This document shows positions 52,173 to 60,253 of a stretch of 64,000 nt of DNA, in pieces. Within the stretch, counting starts at the first letter, position 1; the number at the start of each line of letters is the position of its first letter. The stretch is from an uncultured delta proteobacterium. Lineage in GTDB: Bacteria > Myxococcota > B64-G9. A program made the position numbers and the translations under genes. The notes below the pieces were generated by a model. That model had not been told where the DNA came from. It worked only from the letters and a program-made list of their open reading frames with translations, and ran no database searches. The stretch is from NCBI GenBank assembly GCA_963754925.1, contig CAVWHX010000003.1, positions 96,001 through 160,000 on the forward strand. The letters run 5' to 3'.

Positions 52173-52492
52173 ATTCAGAGCGTCAGAACAAAGCAGACCA
52201 AGGCGCTTTCGATGCAGAGGAATTAGAGACTGTTAGCGAACGAAGTGAGTTTACAGTCTCTTATCCTCGAAGGGGGCGAGGCGTATTTCAATACGCTGCA
52301 GTGACGAGACTTAGAGATTGTTGCCGAGCGAAGCGAGGCCTACAATCTCTTATCCCTTCAGGGAGAGGAAGCAACGAAGGTATACCATTGCTGCTAAGGC
52401 ATACCATTGCTCCTAATCATGCACAGGCAATGGTACGGGTGGATCTTCAAAATACTTTGAGCCACCCAGTGCGAAGTTATGGCGCTCTGAAT
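52173..52492. mobile_element. MITE-like non-autonomous element (about 320 bp) with internal hairpins
   Basis: 23-bp terminal inverted repeats (18/23 match) at 52173-52195 and 52470-52492, internal palindromic units, no transposase. Confidence 0.6.
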
Positions 52493-52546
52493 CAAAAGAA
52501 AAATGACTTGACGAGGACCGTCCTCATCGTGATAGATGAGGCCGCC

Positions 52547-53443
52547 ATGGTTACTAGAGCTACAACCAGTGATTCACCCGTAACGACGCTCATGCAGAAC
52601 GATCGAGCCTTTCCGCCAGAGCTGTTGTCCATTCCTGATCCGCCCGTCCTTCTCTATATGCAGGGTCGGCTGCCGAGCGCACCGCGCGTGGCTGTGGTGG
52701 GCTCGCGAAACGCCGATCCGTATGGGCTCCAACTTGCCACGGAACTCGCACAGGGACTGACCCGAGCTGGCGTGTGTGTGGTGAGCGGCGGGGCGAGCGG
52801 CATCGATACCGCCGCGCTGGAAGCGAGTCTGGCCGTAAACGGTCATCCGATAGCCGTGCTCGGCACCGGCCTGGACAAGGCCTATCCAACGGGCAACCGC
52901 GAGTTATTTGCACGTGTGGCAGCGTCCGGTGCCCTCGTCAGCGAATATCCCCTCGGCACGCCGGGACACCCCGGTAATTTTCCCAGGAGGAATCGGTTGG
53001 TCTCTGGTTTGACACTCGGGGTGGTGGTGGTGCGGGCGGCTTCACAGAGCGGTAGTCTGATAACCGCCCGCGAGGCCGCGCGTCAAGGCCGGACGGTGAT
53101 GGCGGTGCCCGGAGCCGCCGGTAGTGAGCTCAGCCGCGGGGTGCATGATCTCATTCGCCGCGGGGCCCTCTTGGTCGAATCCGCCGAGGACGTGCTCGCA
53201 TCCCTGAACCTGGTGCAGGCGGGGCAGACGGCGTTGCCGCTCGATGTCCCGGCGCCGACCCTCGAGGACGACGAGCGGTTATTGTATGAAGCCATGGGTG
53301 TAGAGGGGTGCTCGATCGATGTGTTGATCGAGCGCTCGGGAATGCCCAGCGGTCAGGTGAGCGCAACGTTACTGGAGATGGAGTTGAAAGGATTGGTCAT
53401 CCAGAAACCAGGATTAGTCTACCTCCAACGCCTACGGACGTGA
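52547..53443 (+). CDS. dprA: DNA-processing protein DprA (short, no N-terminal SAM domain)
   Basis: VAVVGSR, VSGGASGID, FPRRNRLVSG, SGSLITA, C-terminal winged helix. The upstream ORF extension runs through the repeat element. Confidence 0.9.
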   Translation: MVTRATTSDSPVTTLMQNDRAFPPELLSIPDPPVLLYMQGRLPSAPRVAVVGSRNADPYGLQLATELAQGLTRAGVCVVSGGASGIDTAALEASLAVNGHPIAVLGTGLDKAYPTGNRELFARVAASGALVSEYPLGTPGHPGNFPRRNRLVSGLTLGVVVVRAASQSGSLITAREAARQGRTVMAVPGAAGSELSRGVHDLIRRGALLVESAEDVLASLNLVQAGQTALPLDVPAPTLEDDERLLYEAMGVEGCSIDVLIERSGMPSGQVSATLLEMELKGLVIQKPGLVYLQRLRT

Positions 53444-53475
53444 TGCGCCCGCGCACCATGCTGATAGGGAGGATT

Positions 53476-55728
53476 ATGCCGAAGCGCTTGTTGATAGTTG
53501 AATCGCCGACGAAAGCAAAAACCGTGAACCGGTATGTTGGAAAAGAATACACCGTCAAAGCCTCCGTCGGGCACGTCAAGGATCTGCCCAAGACGCGCAT
53601 GGGTGTTGATGTCGAGAAAGATTTCACCGTTGAGCTCGAAGTGATCCACGGCAAGAAGAAAGTGCTTACCGACCTCCGTCGGGCGGCGAAGAACGCCGAA
53701 GAGGTTTTTCTCGCGCCCGATCCCGACCGGGAGGGCGAAGCAATCGCCTGGCATATCGCTGAAGAGATCTCCCCCGTCAATTCGAAGGTCTATCGGGTGA
53801 CGTTTAATGAAATCACCCGCAAAGCCGTTTTGGAAGCCATGGAACACCCGCGCCCGCTCGACCATAATTTGTACGATGCCCAACAGGCTCGCCGCGTGTT
53901 GGATCGGCTGGTGGGCTACGAACTGAGCCCGCTCCTGTGGGACAAAGTTCGTAGGGGGCTTTCGGCGGGTCGCGTTCAGTCGGTGGCGGTGCGCTTGGTC
54001 GTCGAACGCGAACAGGAGATCGAAGTCTTCGTGCCGGAGGAGTACTGGTCGATCGAAGAAACGCTGCAGGTGGAAAAAGGCGATACCACGCCCTTTGTGG
54101 CCCAACTCGTTAAAATCCAGGGCGAAAAGGCGGCGGTGTCGAACGCCGAGAAGGCCGAAGAGATCAAAGCCGCGCTGTTGCGCAGCGAACACCAGGTGAC
54201 CGCCATCGAACGCAGCGAGCGTCAGCGACGACCGGGGCCACCGTTTATCACCAGCAAACTGCAGCAGGCGGCAGCGGCAGCGCTCCGTTTTTCGGCCAAA
54301 AAGACTATGAGTCTGGCGCAGCAACTGTACGAGGGAGTAGAAATCGGCGGCGAAGGCATGGTTGGCCTTATCACCTACATGCGCACCGACTCCACCCGCG
54401 TGGCCAACGAAGCCATCGCCGCGGCGCGCGACTATATCAAGGAATCCTTGGGAGCAGACTACCTGCCGGACAGCCCCCAAATCTATAAATCAAAATCAGC
54501 CGCTCAGGACGCCCACGAGGCCATTCGACCGACCGACGTGCGCTATACCCCCGAGCGCGTCAAGGCGAGTCTCGGCGCGGATCAACTCAAGCTCTACGAC
54601 CTCATCTGGCGGCAGTTTGTCACGAGCCAAATGAGCCCGGCGCGCTACGATCGCACCACCCTCACGGTGACGGCCGGTCCCCACGAGCTACGCGCCACCG
54701 GATCGATTTGCACCTTTCCCGGCTTTTTGAAGGTAAGCGGCAATGGCAAAGAAGAGGACGAGGATGTGCTGTTGCCAAACCTCGAACCCGGCGCTGTGCT
54801 AAAGCTGCTCACGGTGACGCCGACACAACACTTCACCCAGCCGCCGCCCCGGTTCAGCGAAGGTACGCTCATCAAGGAGCTCGAAGAGCGCGGGATCGGC
54901 CGCCCTTCGACCTATGCCGCCATCCTCGATACCATCCAAAGCAAAGAGTATGTCGATAAGCGAGAGGGCAGGCTGCATCCGACCGACCTCGGTCGGCTGG
55001 TGACCGAGTTGTTGGTGGAGAGTTTTCCGGACATCATGAGTGTGGATTTTACCGCAGGGATGGAACGCAAACTCGACGAAGTCGAAGGGGGCACGGTCGA
55101 CTGGGTGCAGCTGATGCGGGAGTTTTACAAACCGTTCGCCTCCGCATTGGCGGCGGCCCGTCGCCATATGCGCGACGTCAAGCGGGAGGAGATTCCGACC
55201 GAGCACACCTGCGATTTGTGCGGCGCCACCATGATGATCAAGTGGGGCCGTAACGGTTTCTTTTTATCCTGCTCGAACTACCCCACGTGCAAGAACACCC
55301 GCGAGATCAAGAGCCGGCGCGGCAACACGGTTGAGGTGCTTCCGCCGGAGGAAACGCATGAGGTGTGCGATAAGTGCGGCCGACCGATGAATATCCGACG
55401 GGGTCGCTTCGGCCGTTTTCTGGCTTGCAGCGGCTATCCGGATTGCAAGAATTCTCGATCCATCTCGACCGGCGTCACCTGCCCGCAGTGCAAGAACAAC
55501 CAGTTGGTTGAAAAGCGCAGCCGGCGCGGCCGATTGTTCTTCTCCTGCAGCGGATACCCAGCCTGCACCTTCTCGACCTGGTACCAACCCGTTGCAGAGA
55601 CCTGCCCGACGTGCGGCTTTGGCATACTGGTCCGGAAGGAAACCAAGCGCGACGGACGAGTGCTGGTCTGTCCGGTCAAGGGTTGCGGCTATAAGCGCAC
55701 TTCGGAACCCGAAGCGGACGAAAACTGA
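53476..55728 (+). CDS. topA: DNA topoisomerase I with C-terminal zinc ribbons
   Basis: IVESPTKAK, DPDREGE, SAGRVQS, ITYMRTDS, GIGRPSTY. Confidence 0.97.
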   Translation: MPKRLLIVESPTKAKTVNRYVGKEYTVKASVGHVKDLPKTRMGVDVEKDFTVELEVIHGKKKVLTDLRRAAKNAEEVFLAPDPDREGEAIAWHIAEEISPVNSKVYRVTFNEITRKAVLEAMEHPRPLDHNLYDAQQARRVLDRLVGYELSPLLWDKVRRGLSAGRVQSVAVRLVVEREQEIEVFVPEEYWSIEETLQVEKGDTTPFVAQLVKIQGEKAAVSNAEKAEEIKAALLRSEHQVTAIERSERQRRPGPPFITSKLQQAAAAALRFSAKKTMSLAQQLYEGVEIGGEGMVGLITYMRTDSTRVANEAIAAARDYIKESLGADYLPDSPQIYKSKSAAQDAHEAIRPTDVRYTPERVKASLGADQLKLYDLIWRQFVTSQMSPARYDRTTLTVTAGPHELRATGSICTFPGFLKVSGNGKEEDEDVLLPNLEPGAVLKLLTVTPTQHFTQPPPRFSEGTLIKELEERGIGRPSTYAAILDTIQSKEYVDKREGRLHPTDLGRLVTELLVESFPDIMSVDFTAGMERKLDEVEGGTVDWVQLMREFYKPFASALAAARRHMRDVKREEIPTEHTCDLCGATMMIKWGRNGFFLSCSNYPTCKNTREIKSRRGNTVEVLPPEETHEVCDKCGRPMNIRRGRFGRFLACSGYPDCKNSRSISTGVTCPQCKNNQLVEKRSRRGRLFFSCSGYPACTFSTWYQPVAETCPTCGFGILVRKETKRDGRVLVCPVKGCGYKRTSEPEADEN

Positions 55729-55734
55729 ACCCAC

Positions 55735-57060
55735 ATGACGGCGGCGCCGATCACGGTCGTTGGAGCGGGTCTGGCGGGCTGCGAGGCAGCGGTTCAACTC
55801 GCCCGTCGGGGAATTGACGTTCGGTTGTGTGAAATGAAGCCGGCAGCATTCTCTCCGGCGCACCGCCTGCCCGGACCGGCCGAATTGGTGTGCTCCAACT
55901 CGCTCAAGTCCGATGATCCGCTCTCCGCCCACGGTCTGCTTAAAACGGAGCTGCGCCGACTGGGTTCCGTGATTCTGTCGGCCGCGGATCGCAGCCGGGT
56001 GCCGGCTGGCTCAGCGCTGGCCGTCGACCGGCATGAGTTTTCTGAATTGATTGCGTCGAACCTGCACGAGTATCCGTCACTTGAGTATTGCCCCGGCGTC
56101 GTCGTTGAACGGCTGCCGGAAGGCACGACGGTGATCACTACCGGCCCCTTGACTCCCGAACCGCTTGTAACCGAGCTGCTGCAGGCGACCGGTGCGGCCG
56201 AGGCCGGCTATTTTTACGATGCCCTCGCTCCCATCGTTGAGGGGAGCAGCATCGATATGACTACCGTTTTTGCAGCCGATCGCTGGAGTGAAAGCGGCAC
56301 GGCAAATTACCTCAACTGCCCCCTCACGCGAGAACAATACCAACGTTTTCTGCAGGCACTGCGCACGGCGCCACGCACCCCATTGCATCCCTTTGAACAT
56401 CCACGCTACTTCGAGGGGTGCTTACCGATCGAGGTGATGGCGGAGCGCGGCGACGATACCCTGGCCTTTGGACCGATGCGGCCGGTGGGCCTCGCTACGC
56501 CTGGCAGGCGACCGTACGCCGTGGTACAGTTGCGGCCAGAAAACCGCGCGCGGAGCGCCTTCAACTTGGTCGGCTTTCAGACTAAGCTCACCCAGGGTGC
56601 GCAGGTTGAGGTTTTTCGCATGATTCCTGGACTTGAACAGGCTGTTTTCCTGCGCTACGGCGCGATTCACCGGAACTTTTACCTCAATGCTCCAGCCGTG
56701 TTGGACGATACCCTTGCCGTGCGCACCTGTTCCCGAATTCGAGTAGCTGGTCAGATTAGCGGCGTCGAAGGCTATATCGAAAGCGCGGCCATCGGGCTTT
56801 TGACCGGATTGATGCTGGCCGGCGCACTGATCGGGAAGGCGGCGGAGCCGCCACCGCGCGATACGGCCCTTGGTTCACTCTACGCTCATCTGCGCGGACG
56901 CACCGGAGCTGTGAGCTTTGAGCCGATGAACATTCACTTTGGACTCCTGCCGGAGGCACCACCCCAACCGCAGCACCGCTCCCGCGCTGAACGACGGCGG
57001 GCCGTGATCCGGCGCGCCCACGAGGCGTTCGAACCATGGATAGCCCGAACACTACCGTGA
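55735..57060 (+). CDS. trmFO: Folate/FAD-dependent tRNA (uracil-54) methyltransferase
   Basis: GAGLAGCEAA, ELVCSNS, YFEGCLPIE, VGFQT, GVEGY. Confidence 0.95.
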   Translation: MTAAPITVVGAGLAGCEAAVQLARRGIDVRLCEMKPAAFSPAHRLPGPAELVCSNSLKSDDPLSAHGLLKTELRRLGSVILSAADRSRVPAGSALAVDRHEFSELIASNLHEYPSLEYCPGVVVERLPEGTTVITTGPLTPEPLVTELLQATGAAEAGYFYDALAPIVEGSSIDMTTVFAADRWSESGTANYLNCPLTREQYQRFLQALRTAPRTPLHPFEHPRYFEGCLPIEVMAERGDDTLAFGPMRPVGLATPGRRPYAVVQLRPENRARSAFNLVGFQTKLTQGAQVEVFRMIPGLEQAVFLRYGAIHRNFYLNAPAVLDDTLAVRTCSRIRVAGQISGVEGYIESAAIGLLTGLMLAGALIGKAAEPPPRDTALGSLYAHLRGRTGAVSFEPMNIHFGLLPEAPPQPQHRSRAERRRAVIRRAHEAFEPWIARTLP

Positions 57061-58238
57061 GCTCTCTGCCGGTCGTCGCGGTAAGTCCGCGGGCGGCCAA
57101 ACGCTTGCGCGCCGGCCATGTTTGGGTCTACCGTTCGGAGATCGTTGACCCGGGCGCCGGCCGGCCGGGGGATATCGTCGCCATCGAGGGAACCCATCCC
57201 TCGGGCGGGCGCAACCCGTTGGGCATCGCCTTCTTCAATCCCGAATCGCTCATCACCCTGCGTCTCATCAGCCGCGATCGGATTTCGCCTGACATCGACT
57301 TTTGGCGCCAGCGTTTGATGCGGGCGATTGCCCTACGCACACAACTCGCTGGCACGGATACCCTTGGGCGATTGGTGTTTTCCGAAGCTGACGGATTGCC
57401 GGGGTTAATCGTCGACCGCTATGCCGATGTCGTGGTACTTCAAACCGTTTGCCGCGGGACCGACCGGCTGTTGCCGCTCTGGATAGAACTGCTCACCGAG
57501 CTCTGCCATCCCCGGGCGCTGGTCGAACGTAACGACGTCTCGGCCCGCACGCTTGAGGGCCTGCCCGAGCGCGCCTCGGTGCTGACCGGCTCGCTTCCGG
57601 GACCGGTCCCGGTGCGCGAGGGAAACTTAACCATCCTGATTGACCCCCTGGCTGGTCAAAAGACGGGGGCCTACCTCGACCAACGTGAAAATCATCTGCG
57701 GGCCGCCGCCTATGCGCGGGGAAGGTGTCTGGATGTTTTTTCGTACCAGGGGGGCTTTGGACTGCACCTCAAAAAGGCTGGGGCCGAGGACGTCACGCTG
57801 GTCGATCAGTCCGGCCGCGCATTGGACGTAGCCCAAACCACTGCAGCGCAAAACGGGCTTGCCGTGCAGACTGTAGCCGCCAATGCTTTTGATTTTCTCC
57901 ACGAACAGCAAACGGCAGGCGCCCACTACGACGTGGTGGTGCTTGACCCGCCGGCCTTCGCCAAGAACCGCGCGTCGCTTCCAAAAGCCGTGCGTGGTTA
58001 TAAGGACCTCAACCTGCGGGCGATGCGATTGTTGAACACGGGTGGAATATTGATTACCTCAAGCTGCTCCTATCATCTGCTGCCGACTCACTTCGAGCGC
58101 GTGATTCAGGAGGCGGCTTCTGACGCAGGCCGCTCACTCCAGATTGTCGAACGCCTGTCGGCGGCCCGCGACCATCCCGAACGACTGGGATTCCCTGAGT
58201 CGCACTACCTTAAGTGCCTTATCCTGAGGGTTCTATGA
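57036..58238 (+). CDS. RlmI-like class I SAM-dependent rRNA methyltransferase
   Basis: GHVWVY PUA domain, GLIVDRY, GQKTGAYLDQREN, LDPPAFAK. Confidence 0.9.
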   Translation: MDSPNTTVSSLPVVAVSPRAAKRLRAGHVWVYRSEIVDPGAGRPGDIVAIEGTHPSGGRNPLGIAFFNPESLITLRLISRDRISPDIDFWRQRLMRAIALRTQLAGTDTLGRLVFSEADGLPGLIVDRYADVVVLQTVCRGTDRLLPLWIELLTELCHPRALVERNDVSARTLEGLPERASVLTGSLPGPVPVREGNLTILIDPLAGQKTGAYLDQRENHLRAAAYARGRCLDVFSYQGGFGLHLKKAGAEDVTLVDQSGRALDVAQTTAAQNGLAVQTVAANAFDFLHEQQTAGAHYDVVVLDPPAFAKNRASLPKAVRGYKDLNLRAMRLLNTGGILITSSCSYHLLPTHFERVIQEAASDAGRSLQIVERLSAARDHPERLGFPESHYLKCLILRVL

Positions 58239-59035
58239 ACGAAACGATTCCCTCCCCAGGTCAGTGCGAGGGGCCCCTGATTCTCAAAGCCGCGCTCTTG
58301 GACCTGCCCCACATCCGCCACGGCTTCAGCACCCGCCGGGGTGGCTGTTCGATCGGCGCGTGGCGCGGCATGAACGTATCAACGAACGAAGGCGATGCAG
58401 CAGCCTCGGTCGCCGAAAACCGCAGACGCCTCGCACGCCACGCCGGCTTTGCCTTGAAATCGCTCGCAGGGCTATCCCAAGTGCACGGTCGACAGGTACT
58501 GCGCATCGACAGCCTCGAGACCATACCACCGGAACGGGAACGACGTTTCGACGCCAGCATTTCAAATCAACCGGGGGTGGTGCTCGCCGTACAAACAGCA
58601 GATTGCGCGCCCATCCTCGTCGCGAGCACCAAACCGCGGGCCGTTGGCGCCATCCACGCCGGTTGGCGCGGGACGCTCCAGGACGTTGCCGGAGCCGCTA
58701 TCAAGAATTTTTGTGAATCCTACGGGTGCCAATCCGCGGAGCTCGTTGTAGCCATCGGGCCCTGTATCCATGCCTGTTGCTACCAGGTCGATACGGCGGT
58801 ATTCGAGCAGTTTCGGAAAAGATTTGGCACGCGCGCCGTCTCGGGCGAGTGTGCTGTCTTAGGTGTAGATCTCGTCTCGGCAAACCGCATGCTTCTAGAA
58901 GCCGCAGGCATACCCTCCGCGCAGATAGAGGTAATCGATCTATGTACGTCGTGCCGAGAAGATTTGTTTTTCTCCCATCGGCGCGATCGGGGCGTCACCG
59001 GTCGCCAACTGGCATTTATAGAACTACTTTCGTGA
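58235..59035 (+). CDS. pgeF: Peptidoglycan editing factor PgeF (YfiH)
   Basis: HGFSTRRGG, QVHG, TADCAP, HAGWRG, FFSHRR. Confidence 0.93.
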   Translation: MNETIPSPGQCEGPLILKAALLDLPHIRHGFSTRRGGCSIGAWRGMNVSTNEGDAAASVAENRRRLARHAGFALKSLAGLSQVHGRQVLRIDSLETIPPERERRFDASISNQPGVVLAVQTADCAPILVASTKPRAVGAIHAGWRGTLQDVAGAAIKNFCESYGCQSAELVVAIGPCIHACCYQVDTAVFEQFRKRFGTRAVSGECAVLGVDLVSANRMLLEAAGIPSAQIEVIDLCTSCREDLFFSHRRDRGVTGRQLAFIELLS

Positions 59036-59064
59036 GCTTTCGGGGAGTCACGGGGGATGGTGGC

Positions 59065-59535
59065 ATGGAGCGTCAAGGATTATTGAGTCTGTTGTTTTCC
59101 CACCACATGGTTGAAGACTTTCATTTGACCTATGCGTTGCGCGTGGGGTCGCGCACCCTGCATTTCTGTGCGCGCTGCGCTGGTTTGTATCCGGCGATGT
59201 TTTGTACCTTGTTGATCGGCCGTTTGACGACGCGATGGCCGTTCTGGTTGGAAGGAATGCTTTTGTTTTTAGCTCCTCTTCCCGCCCTCATTGACTGGGG
59301 AACCACTGCCGCCACGGGCAAGCTTGAGCGCAGCAACACGATTCGGATGCTTACGGGAATCGGCCTTGGCATCAGCCTCGGAACAAACCTCTTGATAAAC
59401 ACCTACGAACTTCTGGCCCTGCCCGTGAGAGCTCAAGTGATTTACTTTCTGGCGATTATTTGGGTGGTGTGGTTAGTGAGCTACTTGATACGCCGGAAAA
59501 ACAAGCCACGCAGCGCCAATCGGTTGGTGCGATAG
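59065..59535 (+). CDS. DUF2085-like membrane protein
   Basis: CARCAGLY..PALIDW..RMLTG. Confidence 0.7.
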   Translation: MERQGLLSLLFSHHMVEDFHLTYALRVGSRTLHFCARCAGLYPAMFCTLLIGRLTTRWPFWLEGMLLFLAPLPALIDWGTTAATGKLERSNTIRMLTGIGLGISLGTNLLINTYELLALPVRAQVIYFLAIIWVVWLVSYLIRRKNKPRSANRLVR

Positions 59536-59536
59536 T

Positions 59537-60253
59537 TCAGGTGTGTGGGAACAACTCGAGCCGCCCGTCAGTTTCACAGACTCCGGCGAACGAGCGGCGG
59601 TGAATTTCGCACGGACCGTACTCGGCCAGGGCGCGTTTATGGGTGGCAGTCGCGTAGCCTTTGTGCCGATCAAAGCCGTACTGGGGAAAGCACTTGTGGT
59701 ATTCGTCCATTAACCCATCGCGATAGACTTTAGCCAGGATCGACGCGGCCGATACCGTCTTCGAACGGGCATCAGCCTTGATAAAGGGCTTCTGCAAGAC
59801 CGGCGGCGCACCGGCGGGGAGCGGAAAAGAAAAATCCCCGTCAACCAGCACCAGGTCGGGCAGCAGACCACACGCGAGCACCCGCGCAAAAGCTATCGAC
59901 ATGGCCTCAAGGCTCGCCCTGAGGATGTTGATGCGATCAATACGCGCGGGCTCAACCCATCCGAAACCGAACGCGACGGCGTGCTTACGGATGTCTTCGG
60001 ATAACCTTTTTCGCTGGGCGGAAGAAAGTTGCTTGGAATCCGCGAGGCCCTCGATTCGATGGTCGAGGGGCAACACCACCGCTGCGGCCACGACGGGTCC
60101 GGCCAGCGGTCCGCGCCCGACTTCATCCACGCCGGTGATTATCGTATAGCCACGGCCACGGGCCCAGGCGTCCAAGTCATCCGTGCTGGTTTCATCGGAG
60201 AAGAGCTCTGCCGTCTTTGAGCCATTCTTACAGACTGAACGATGCGGAGGCAT
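59537..60253 (-). CDS. rnhB: Ribonuclease HII (start uncertain)
   Basis: GVDEVGRGPLAGPV, DSKQL, VDG, AASILAKV, HKGY, HRRSF. Confidence 0.95.
   Translation of the reverse strand: MPPHRSVCKNGSKTAELFSDETSTDDLDAWARGRGYTIITGVDEVGRGPLAGPVVAAAVVLPLDHRIEGLADSKQLSSAQRKRLSEDIRKHAVAFGFGWVEPARIDRINILRASLEAMSIAFARVLACGLLPDLVLVDGDFSFPLPAGAPPVLQKPFIKADARSKTVSAASILAKVYRDGLMDEYHKCFPQYGFDRHKGYATATHKRALAEYGPCEIHRRSFAGVCETDGRLELFPHT

Noticed and set aside
52169..52546. Novel 126-aa N-terminal domain on DprA
   Set aside because: It is largely a translation of the palindromic repeat element, and a plausible downstream ATG (52547) and promoter box exist.
53419..54480. Long antisense ORFs (353 aa opposite topA; others opposite nusA, infB and the ACAD genes)
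   Set aside because: These are expected shadow ORFs in GC-rich coding DNA, with no motifs or ribosome-binding sites.
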